Positions 1 to 8,800 of a DNA stretch of 64,000 nt are shown piece by piece (positions within the stretch are counted from its first letter, which is position 1; every line of letters begins with the position of its first letter). Source of the DNA: Bradymonadia bacterium. GTDB taxonomy: Bacteria; Myxococcota_A; Bradymonadia; UBA7976; UBA1532. Location of the stretch: contig JBKAGE010000037.1 in assembly GCA_046290225.1 (NCBI GenBank), forward strand, positions 288,001 to 352,000. The letters run 5' to 3'. The translations under genes were made by a program, and so were the position numbers. The notes beneath the pieces are model-generated. The model was given only the letters and a program-made list of their open reading frames with translations, did not search any database and had not been told where the DNA came from.

Positions 1-517
1 CAAGCTTGCCGATGTTGTCCCCCTCGTGGCCCCGTGATGCAGTGAGCCCACCTCGGTAGACCGGGTGGCCTCCTGCATCGAAGAGCACGGTATGGCCGGA
101 GGTGAGCGCACCGATCGACGCGCCATGTCGCCCGTCGGGATCATCCACGAGAGTGACCTGCTCGATGGCCCTCAGGCGATCCCGCAGCGTCGTCTCAGTC
201 CACGGCGTGTCCATGTAGGCGGGCCGATAGACGAGGGCAAAAATCTGAGGCAGCACTCCGCCCCGTCGCGAGATCTCGCCGAGCAAGCGCTCCAGCTCGC
301 CCGCCGTCGCCTGGGTGCACGGGCAGTGTGGGTGAATGGCGATCAAGAGCGAGAAGCGCTCACCGTCTCCCTGCACACCAGGGATCTCTGGCAACGCCGA
401 GGGCGGGGGGCCCTGGGCGCCTTCAACACCTTGATAATGTCCCAGCGCCGTGAGCCCCCCCAACAATACGAGGGCCCACACCACCACGCCGAGCGTCGCC
501 GTCCGGTTCACTTTCAC
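1..517 (-). CDS. RedB-like thioredoxin-fold membrane-anchored protein (3' end runs off the window; absent from ORF track)
   Basis: Manual translation from GTG at 517 (or 511) gives an N-terminal hydrophobic helix, then IAIHPHCPCTQATAGELERL...GALTSGHTVLFD...YRGGLTASRGHEGDN. The HPxCPC and ASRGHEGDN motifs are what I recall for the myxobacterial RedB family. Confidence 0.75.
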   Translation of the reverse strand, partial: MKVNRTATLGVVVWALVLLGGLTALGHYQGVEGAQGPPPSALPEIPGVQGDGERFSLLIAIHPHCPCTQATAGELERLLGEISRRGGVLPQIFALVYRPAYMDTPWTETTLRDRLRAIEQVTLVDDPDGRHGASIGALTSGHTVLFDAGGHPVYRGGLTASRGHEGDNIGKL

Positions 518-846
518 ACCTGCGTATGTGACTCCACCTCTTCAACGGCTGTCAGGTGCACCAGATAAAGCGGAATCAAGGGCGGGTGAACGCCGACCCA
601 GCTGACTTCATGTACGCCACGGTCACACCGTCTTACACAGCACGACACCCACACCCTCTTTTTCTTCTAAAAGCTGATTAAAATGAACCAACTCATTGCC
701 AATACTGAAGATTTTAAAAAAAAGAGAAGATGTCGCTCTGGTTATCCCGGCGAGAAGCCTGTACCGGCGGGGATTCGCCTTAGACTTATACTCATGGGTG
801 CGATATCGTCTCACCCATCTACCCTGCGTATTTTTGGGAGGATTCG

Positions 847-2787
847 ATGAAGATCGTGCTGCCTTCGATGACCACCCTGGCTCTCGTGAGCGTGTCCAGC
901 GCTGCCCTGGCTCAGGATGTATGCATGGATCGCGATCCGATCCCCGTGCTCGACTGTGCCGACACCGTCGAGGTCCCTCTCGACGAGACGTGTCACTGGC
1001 AAGGCTCGGTTGAGGCGTTCACGCCTGCAGGCTACCCCGTTGACGCCCCAGGTCTCGACTGCGAAGCCTCTGGTGAGGGGTATGGCCCCTTTGAACGTGT
1101 CGGTGCCCTCGTCTGTACCGATACGTGTGATGGTGACTCGGTCGATCGTTGTGATTTTCGAGTACAGCCCGTCGACGTGACACCGCCCACCCTCACCGTG
1201 GCCACGCCAGAGGTGGTGGTCTACCTCGACGAGGCCGGTGGCAGCCAGCGCATCGACATCCAGAGCGCCTGCGGCATCACCTTCGAAGACAACTGCGCCG
1301 ACGGTGGTGGTGCCCCACGCGGCATCAGCAGCATCGCCTCAGATCATCCCGACGAGCGCTTCGACGGCGAGGCCGGTGCCTTCACAGCTCAGGGCGCAAC
1401 GGCAGACTGGTTCGGGGTCCGCGTGCTCCTCGATCCTGACGTCCTCGGCGAGCGCACCTACACCGTGCAGTTCCACATGGACGACGGCCCCAACCGCGAG
1501 ACGGTGGAGTGCCGCATCCGCGTCGAAGAGCCCATCTGCGCTGATCATGTGCCCGCCGAGCTCGTGTGCGAGCCCGAGGTGGAGGTCGAGGTCGACGAGG
1601 CATGCAACTGGCGCCTCACCGATCCCGAGCTGGTGGCGCCTAGTTTCCCTCATGACCGCGATGGCATGAACTGCGAGGTCGAGGGCGAGGGCTACGGCAC
1701 CTGGCCCGGCGTCGGCACCATGAGCTGCACTGACATCTGCGACGACTCGGAGCAAAACTGTGAGGTGGTGGTCGATCCTGTCGACAACATCCCCCCGACA
1801 GTCATCGTCACCGAGCCCGAGGTCACCCTGGAGCAAGCCGAAGGCGTTCAGGAGTGGGCCCGCATCGAAGAGCTGTGTGGCATCACCTTCGAAGACAACT
1901 GCACTGATCCCGGCAGCGCCTGGCGTGGCCTCGATCTCATCATCAGCAGCTGGGCCGGTGAGGTGATCATCGGTGAGCCCGGTGACTTCCGCGGTACGGG
2001 CATCATCGCTGACTGGTTCTCTGCCCGCTTTGATCTCGACCCTGAGTACCCGCCCCGTACGTACACCATCACGTATCACATGACCGACGGTGACGATAAC
2101 CGTGAGGTGGTCGAGTGTCGTGTCCACATCGTGCCGCCTGACGACGGCGAAGGTGGTGCCGGTGGCGGCGGTGGTATGGGCGGTGACGGCGGCGCTGGCG
2201 GCATGGGCGGCGACGGTGGTGCTGGTGGCATGGGTGGTGCTGGTGGCGACGGCGGTGCAGGTGGTGCCGGCGGCGATGGCGGCGCCGGTGGCATGGGCGG
2301 CGCCGGCGGCGCAGCGGGTGCCGGTGGCGGCGAGGGTGGCCACGGCGGTGCCGGCGGCCATGGTGGTGACGAGCCTGGTGACGGCATCGGTGAGCCCGGT
2401 GGCTCTGGTGGTGCCGCAGGTGGCGGCCCCGGTGATGGCATCGGCGATCCCGGCGGCTCCGGTGGTGACGAGCCTGGTGACGGCATCGGTGAGCCCGGTG
2501 GCTCTGGTGGTGCCGCAGGTGGCGGCCCCGGTGACGGCATCGGCGATCCCGGTGGCTCTGGTGACGAGCCCGGTGATGGCATCGGTGACATGAGCGAGGT
2601 GCCCATGAGCACGCCCGGCTCGCTGCTCGCTCGCCCCCGACTCGCCGAGCGGATGGTCTTCGATCTCTCCTGGTTCTCGCAGGCCAACAACGACAACTCT
2701 GCCGCAGGCCGTGAAGAAGAGGCTGAGGGTACCGAAGCGGCCGAAGCGGCCGAGCGCAGCCCCTGGTTCTTCCTCCGCCTCTTCTGA
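847..2787 (+). CDS. Secreted Cys-rich acidic protein with two tandem ~200-aa modules (HYR/Ig-like DxTPP motif) and a Gly-rich repetitive tail
   Basis: GGAGG RBS and a signal peptide (SSAALA/QD). Duplicated motifs CGITFEDNC, ADWF and NRExVECR. Strong coding-type codon bias. Confidence 0.85.
   Translation: MKIVLPSMTTLALVSVSSAALAQDVCMDRDPIPVLDCADTVEVPLDETCHWQGSVEAFTPAGYPVDAPGLDCEASGEGYGPFERVGALVCTDTCDGDSVDRCDFRVQPVDVTPPTLTVATPEVVVYLDEAGGSQRIDIQSACGITFEDNCADGGGAPRGISSIASDHPDERFDGEAGAFTAQGATADWFGVRVLLDPDVLGERTYTVQFHMDDGPNRETVECRIRVEEPICADHVPAELVCEPEVEVEVDEACNWRLTDPELVAPSFPHDRDGMNCEVEGEGYGTWPGVGTMSCTDICDDSEQNCEVVVDPVDNIPPTVIVTEPEVTLEQAEGVQEWARIEELCGITFEDNCTDPGSAWRGLDLIISSWAGEVIIGEPGDFRGTGIIADWFSARFDLDPEYPPRTYTITYHMTDGDDNREVVECRVHIVPPDDGEGGAGGGGGMGGDGGAGGMGGDGGAGGMGGAGGDGGAGGAGGDGGAGGMGGAGGAAGAGGGEGGHGGAGGHGGDEPGDGIGEPGGSGGAAGGGPGDGIGDPGGSGGDEPGDGIGEPGGSGGAAGGGPGDGIGDPGGSGDEPGDGIGDMSEVPMSTPGSLLARPRLAERMVFDLSWFSQANNDNSAAGREEEAEGTEAAEAAERSPWFFLRLF
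2362..2589 (+). repeat. 99-bp tandem repeat (2 copies plus a partial third) encoding GGDEPGDGIGEPGGSGGAAGGGPGDGIGDPGGS
   Basis: Units 2362-2460 and 2461-2559 differ at only three synonymous positions; partial copy at 2560-2589. Confidence 0.95.
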
Positions 2788-2817
2788 GGCCCTGACGCTC
2801 TGACCTAGTTCTCCCCG

Positions 2818-3501
2818 CTATCGGCGCTTGATCAGCGCTGGCTTCTCCTTGCTGTACGCGATGGTGTTCGGTGGCAGGTAGCCCGCAAAGGGCATGCTGA
2901 TCACCACCGCTCGCTTGCCGAGCACACACCCTGGTTGAAGCACACTGTTGCACCCCGCCTCGGCAGCATCTCCCATCAGCGCGCCGAGCTTGCGCATGCC
3001 AGAGCTGGCCCGACTGCCATCTGCCAGAGTGACGGGCACGGGCTTCTGATCGAGCCGCAGGTTGGCGCAGATGACCCCAGCGCCCAGATGGGCGCCATTC
3101 CCCAGTACAGAGTCACCCACATAGTTGAAATGAGGTGCTTGAACCTTGTCGAGGAGCAAGCTGTTCTTGAACTCCGAAGAGTTCCCGATGACACACCCTG
3201 CGCCGATGATCACCTTGCCGCGAATGAACGCACCGGGCCTGATCTCGGTCCCCGGGCCAATCCACGCCGGGCCCTTGATGAAGGCATATGGGGGCAACTT
3301 GACGGTGGGGTCGATGTAGACCGCCCCCTCGATGTGCACCCCGGGCGGGATGTCCGTTCGACCCGGCACGCTGTCGAAGTCGAAGGCGGCGAGGGCGGCC
3401 TCGATTTGAGAGACCCAGGTCCAGGGCGCAGCGTTCAGGTCGAAATGTGCGGCAAAGGGGGCCAGAGACTCGGGCCAGTCGAAGAGATCAGCGGCTTTCA
3501 T
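2818..3501 (-). CDS. Left-handed beta-helix (hexapeptide) acyltransferase, stand-alone GlmU C-terminal-like domain
   Basis: Motifs IRPGAFIRG, IGNSSEFKNS, APHFNYVGDSVLG and RKLGALMGD. No N-terminal nucleotidyltransferase domain. Confidence 0.85.
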   Translation of the reverse strand: MKAADLFDWPESLAPFAAHFDLNAAPWTWVSQIEAALAAFDFDSVPGRTDIPPGVHIEGAVYIDPTVKLPPYAFIKGPAWIGPGTEIRPGAFIRGKVIIGAGCVIGNSSEFKNSLLLDKVQAPHFNYVGDSVLGNGAHLGAGVICANLRLDQKPVPVTLADGSRASSGMRKLGALMGDAAEAGCNSVLQPGCVLGKRAVVISMPFAGYLPPNTIAYSKEKPALIKRR

Positions 3502-3576
3502 GAGGGGCGTGCTCCTCCCGATGGTGGAGGCTCTTTGTTGCCCTCAAATGACACAGCAGTCAAACGCCGCTGATGT

Positions 3577-4911
3577 TCACGGCGCTGCAGGATCCACCCA
3601 AACTTTGATCTGGGACACCTCGATCTGACCGCCCCATGTGTACAGCCCCACCATGGCCCGATCTGCCCTGGGCGTCAGGGGGGGCACGATGTGATCGATC
3701 TGATGGCGGCCGTCGAGACCGAACCGGGCATAGCGCTGACCCCGTACGCCTCTCAGCGTGTAGCTCTGCCCAGCCGTAGGCTTGAGTTTCGGCACCTGGG
3801 CCACCCGCACATCGTCGATGTTGATGGCAGTCCGCGCGCCGCCGTTGGTGCCGAAGCCGTAGTAGATGCCCGTGGCCGCCGGATCTCCACCACTGTGTAC
3901 GACGAGGGCGATCTCGGCCCCGTTGCTCTGGGCGGTGATCTCCACCCTCACCCGGCCAGGTGCGCTCACAGGGAGCGTGAGCCAGGCAGGTCGATCTGCC
4001 CCGGCCTTACCCACCAACTTGCCCTTCTTGAGCGACCACTCACCCTCTCGAGCCTCAAAGCCCTGAGGCAGCTTGCCCTTGCCCCCGGACCACTCGAAGG
4101 CCAGCTTCCACGGCAGGGCCTGCTCCACCTCGATCTTGGGCAACACCTTTGCCCGGCCGGGCCGGAGCACGTGGTGTTCGATGTATTTGTAGAACTTGAT
4201 CCACTCGGTGTTGATGGCCTCGTAGGCGGTCCGGTTGGGGTGCACCCCATCGGGCATGTCCGCTCGAAGGTTCCCGCGATCGACGAGAATCTGGGCGAAG
4301 TCGAAGAGGGGCAGTTTCTTCTGACGAGCGACCTGCCGCACGATCCGGTTCGCCTGCGCTGTGGCGTTCACGCGCCATTGCCATGGTGGCAGGGTCATGA
4401 GCATCGGCAGGGATCCATGAGCCATGCACGTGCTCACCATGGACTCGAGGTTCTGATAGAACTCGCCGGCGTTGAACCGCCGATGGATGTAGTCGTTGGT
4501 GCCGAAGAGCACGGTGATCAGCTCGGGCTTGCCCTGATTGCAGGCGGTGACGGCCCGCTGACGCCCCCAGGACGACAGCTGCCCCGACATGGTGCCCAGA
4601 TCTTTGTTGATGTGTGTGTAGCCTTCTTGATCTGAGATGCCGGTGGGGGTGTATCGGGCCAGCCAGATGAAGGCCTGCGAGTTCGACAGGCTGTCCCCCA
4701 GAGACATGATGGTCTTGGGCCGGGTGGCGGCGTATCGATCGATGTTGGTCTGAAACCACAGCTCGGGAAAAGCGCCATACCGTGTCTGCGCCGGGGGCGG
4801 ACCATTGGCCTCGGCCACAGGCGCGGCAGGCCAGGACAGCTCGTCGGCGTGGACAGCTACAGAGAGCGTGCTCAAGGCAATGCACAATGAGAGTGAGCTG
4901 ATCCAACGCAT
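3577..4911 (-). CDS. Secreted SGNH/GDSL hydrolase with C-terminal beta-sandwich (lectin/DUF1080-like) domain
   Basis: Signal peptide; blocks GDSLS, FGTND and DGVHPN. Confidence 0.85.
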   Translation of the reverse strand: MRWISSLSLCIALSTLSVAVHADELSWPAAPVAEANGPPPAQTRYGAFPELWFQTNIDRYAATRPKTIMSLGDSLSNSQAFIWLARYTPTGISDQEGYTHINKDLGTMSGQLSSWGRQRAVTACNQGKPELITVLFGTNDYIHRRFNAGEFYQNLESMVSTCMAHGSLPMLMTLPPWQWRVNATAQANRIVRQVARQKKLPLFDFAQILVDRGNLRADMPDGVHPNRTAYEAINTEWIKFYKYIEHHVLRPGRAKVLPKIEVEQALPWKLAFEWSGGKGKLPQGFEAREGEWSLKKGKLVGKAGADRPAWLTLPVSAPGRVRVEITAQSNGAEIALVVHSGGDPAATGIYYGFGTNGGARTAINIDDVRVAQVPKLKPTAGQSYTLRGVRGQRYARFGLDGRHQIDHIVPPLTPRADRAMVGLYTWGGQIEVSQIKVWVDPAAP

Positions 4912-4912
4912 C

Positions 4913-5671
4913 TCACACCCCCTCTGAGACGATGGCCACGGAAGATGATGCCCCGAGCCGGTTGGCGCCAGCGGCGATCATCCGCCGAGCGGTCTCTGCA
5001 TTTCGGATGCCTCCAGAGGCTTTGACGCCGATGTCGGGGCCCACCACGTATCGCATCAGCGCCACGTCGGCCTCGGTGGCCCCACCACCGCCGAAGCCCG
5101 TGCTGGTCTTGACGAAGGCGGCCCCGGCGATGACCGAAAGTGCACAACCGAGGATCTTCTCCTCTTCGGTGAGGTGGCACGTCTCCAAGATCACCTTCAC
5201 GGGCTGACCACAGGCGACGACACCAGCGATGCCATCGTGCACCCGACTCAAGGCCCGATCTTTGAGGGCGCCGATGTCGACGACCATGTCGATCTCTCGG
5301 GCACCGTCGGCGACAGCCTGCTCCGCCTCGGCGGCCATGATCCCAGGGTGCATGGCCCCGAGGGGGAAACCTACGACGGCGCAGGCAGGCACGCTGCTGC
5401 CTTCGAGCAGTTGAGCCATCCGCGCCACGTGTACGCCATTGACACAGCACGACGCGAAGCTGTGCTGTCGAGCCTCGCTGGCGAGCTGCTCCAGCTGCCC
5501 TTGCTCGGCGGTGGGCTTGAGCAGGGTGTGATCGATGAAGCCGGCAAGGCCTGCCTCGAGACTCGGCGGCTGCCAGGGCCGCCCCAACTCAGGCAGCTGG
5601 GCGCTCAGGCCGCCTGGGAAGGCGCCCTCGAAACGGGCCAGTGTGTCGTGAACATGCTGTGTTCGATCCAT
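4913..5671 (-). CDS. deoC: Deoxyribose-phosphate aldolase
   Basis: Motifs IDHTLLKP, VVGFPLG, KVILET, FVKTSTGF and VKASGGIR. AGGAG RBS precedes the ATG at 5671. Confidence 0.97.
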   Translation of the reverse strand: MDRTQHVHDTLARFEGAFPGGLSAQLPELGRPWQPPSLEAGLAGFIDHTLLKPTAEQGQLEQLASEARQHSFASCCVNGVHVARMAQLLEGSSVPACAVVGFPLGAMHPGIMAAEAEQAVADGAREIDMVVDIGALKDRALSRVHDGIAGVVACGQPVKVILETCHLTEEEKILGCALSVIAGAAFVKTSTGFGGGGATEADVALMRYVVGPDIGVKASGGIRNAETARRMIAAGANRLGASSSVAIVSEGV

Positions 5672-5832
5672 GCTGTGGCTCCTGGCTCTGGGGGGCATGA
5701 CTCAAAGGCTATGAGGCCTGATATGCCCTACACATTCATGATTTTAAAGGGCGCTCCTCACGACCAAACCAACTCATGGCTGACCCATCATTGGCCGATG
5801 TCTGTCATGAGGTGATGGATCGAGGTCGTTTG

Positions 5833-8800
5833 ATGAACCCCCAGACGCACGCACAAGACAGCGCCCAGTGGCGTGAAGGCGATCACATTGATGGTCGCTA
5901 CTTGCTCCACAAAACCTTGGGGGCTGGCACCGGCGGCACAGTATACCTCGCCACCGATCTCCAGCTGGGCACCGAGGTGGCGCTGAAACTGGTGCCCCGC
6001 AGTGAAGGCGGGCTCGGGGAAGAGTTCCTGCTCGCCCGCAGCCTCCGGCACCCCTTCATCACCTCAGTGTTCGACATCGGTCAGGCCTCATCTGAGCACG
6101 ACTACTTCACCATGGCCCCGGTTCAGGGGGGTGATCTCGCTTCAGTGAAGGATCAAATCGGCGTCGAAGGGGTGATTCAGGTGGCCGCAGACTGCCTGCA
6201 GGCCCTGGCTCATGTGCACAGCCGCGGGTTGATTCACGGTGATCTCAAACCCGACAACATCCTGGTGGCCCTCGACGGCCCTCGACCACGGCCTCAGCTG
6301 ATCGACTTCGGCCTCGCCCACGCCCGTGGTGAGCATGCCCTGCGAGGCACCCCAGCGTACATGGCCCCTGAGCTGCTCGGTGGCCATGCGCCAGATGCAC
6401 TCTCTGATCAATACGCCCTCGGTGTGAGCATTTACGAAGCCCTCTCCGGCGCGAACCCGTTCCTCGCCTCCACGGTCTCCGAGACCCTCGAGCGCCATCG
6501 GGCATATACCCCCGAGGCGTTGTCCGAGATCGGCCAGGGTCTTGCTGATGTGCTCGAGCGCATGATCAAGAAGAACCCTGATGCTCGATACCCCGACGTC
6601 CAGGCAGCATTGCACGCGCTGCAGGACGCGATGCCCTCTGTGAAAACCACAGTGGACACCCAGCTCATGACACGGCCGGTGTTGGGGCCCTTCACGGGGC
6701 GGGAAAGCGTCCTCAACACTCTCATCGACAATCTGTACTGGGACCGACCTCTCGAAGTGGAGCTGATCCTGGGCCTGTCGGGGAGCGGCCGCAGTCGCTT
6801 GCTCGAGGCGCTGATGATCAAGGCGCGCCTCATGGGGTTCCGAGTGATCTCACCGGGGCCTGCTCTCCTCGACTCTCTCCGCTCACAGCTCGCGCTCTAT
6901 CTGAACGATGAAGAGAACACCCTCTCCGACCAGATGAGAGATCCTGAGGAGATCGCCCATCACATCGGCACCCTCGCCGAGCACCAGTCGGTGTTGTTGC
7001 TCATCGACGATCTCGATCATTGTGCCGAAGCAGAGCAGGTGATCCTGGCAGAGGCGCTCTCTCATCTGACCGACGATGCGCCGGTGTACGTGGTGGCGAC
7101 GGCCCACCTCGACGAGCAGGTCACCTTGTTGCGCAGGATCGAAGGTGGCGTACCCTGCGAGCCCCAAATTTTGCACCCGCTGACCTTGGAGGCGTTCTCC
7201 AGAGTGGTGACGGGCACCCTGGGGCAACTCGACCCTGATGGTCGACTCACGGCGATTTATCACGAAGCCGCAGGTGGCTGGCCAGGCCGCCTGGAGACGC
7301 TCGTGAGCCACCACATCGACACCGGCGCGCTCACTTGGCGAGAAGGCAGCTGGCGCGCCTCACCTGATGCTGGCCTGCAAGATCCGGCGAAGCTGATCCG
7401 TGAAGCGCTTGCCCATGTACCCGCACCGGTACAAGAGCAGCCCACGAGGGTGTTGGATCATCACGGCCGTGGCCACGAGACTCTGCTCGCCACAGCAGCC
7501 CTGCTCGGTGATCGCTTCAACCGTACGGATCTGGCTGCGCTCGTCGGGCTCGCGGAGTGCCGCTCCGGGCTCAAGGCCCTCATCAAGTCGGGGGTGTTCA
7601 ACAAACACCACGACCACATCCGCTTCGAAGATCACCGCTTGCGAGATTACCTGCTCCAGCAAATGGGTGAAGAGGCCCGACAGATGGGGCACCGCCGGGT
7701 GGTCTCCTGGTTGCTGCAGAGTCGCCCTGACGACCACCGTGCCCTGGCCGCTCAGCTCGCAGGGGCGGGTGATCTCGGTGCAGCCCGCAGGGCGATGCTG
7801 AAGGCCATCGACGAGAGTACGCAACCCCTCGAACGCGCGGAGATGCACCGCTGGCTCCTGGCCCAGGGCAGCGATCCGACCACGCATCACGAGGGTGCTG
7901 GGGACGCAGAGTCCGAGGGTGGCCGCCTAGCAACGGCCCAAGCACACTACGCTCAGGCTCGACAGTTCGCCGAAGATGACACCACTCGACGTCGACTCGA
8001 CCGAAAGTCGGGCTGGGCTCTGAGCGACGAGGGGCGCTATGCAGAAGCTCAGCCTCTCCTGAGCCGTGCCCTCGAGCTGTGTGATACAGGCACCGCGCAT
8101 CAAAGCGAGCGCGGTGAGATCTGCTTCGCCCTGGGCTGGACGGTGATGATGCTCGGCGACTATGCCGAGGCCCGGCGCCTGTATCAGGCAGGCCTCGAGC
8201 CAGGCACCCAGGCGCTCAACCCCGACACCGCGGCGCGCCTCAAACGCCTGGAAGGTACGATCGCCTGGCACACGGCCCAGGGCAACGCCGAGCAGGCCTT
8301 CAACGAGGCCATCGATCTCGCCCGGGCAGCAGAAGACAAGTCCATCGAAGCCGACTGCCTCATGGGGCTGGCGAGCGCCCTCATCAAAGGCCGAGGGGCG
8401 TTGGAGAAAGCCATCGAGCATCTCGAGCTCGCCGCCCGGCTCAACCGCGAGCTGGGCCGCAGTGGCCAGGAGGGCAAGTGCTGCAACAACCTCGGGATCG
8501 TCTACTACACCGTAGGGCGCTGGTCCGAAGCCGGCATGTCCTGGCAACGCTTCAGGGACATCTGCGCCCTCACCCAGAATCGCAACGACCAGGCTTTGGC
8601 GTGTAACAACCTCGGCTTCCTCTACAAAGATCGCGGAGAATTTGAGCGTGCGGCGGCGATCCTCGACGAGGGTCGCCTCATCGCCGAGCAGGCCAACTTC
8701 TCCATGGGGCGCATGCTGCTCCTCGGCAACCTCGGTGAGGTGCGCACCCAGCTGGGGCAATACGTCGACGCCCGCACCGCGCTGAAGCAGGCCCTCACCC

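Noticed and set aside
65..568. 167-aa plus-strand ORF
   Set aside because: It overlaps the better-supported minus-strand RedB-like frame and has no motifs.
2140..2590. Repeats considered as CRISPR or mobile repeats (also 30180-30450)
   Set aside because: They are in-frame Gly-rich coding repeats with no unique spacers, and no cas genes are present.
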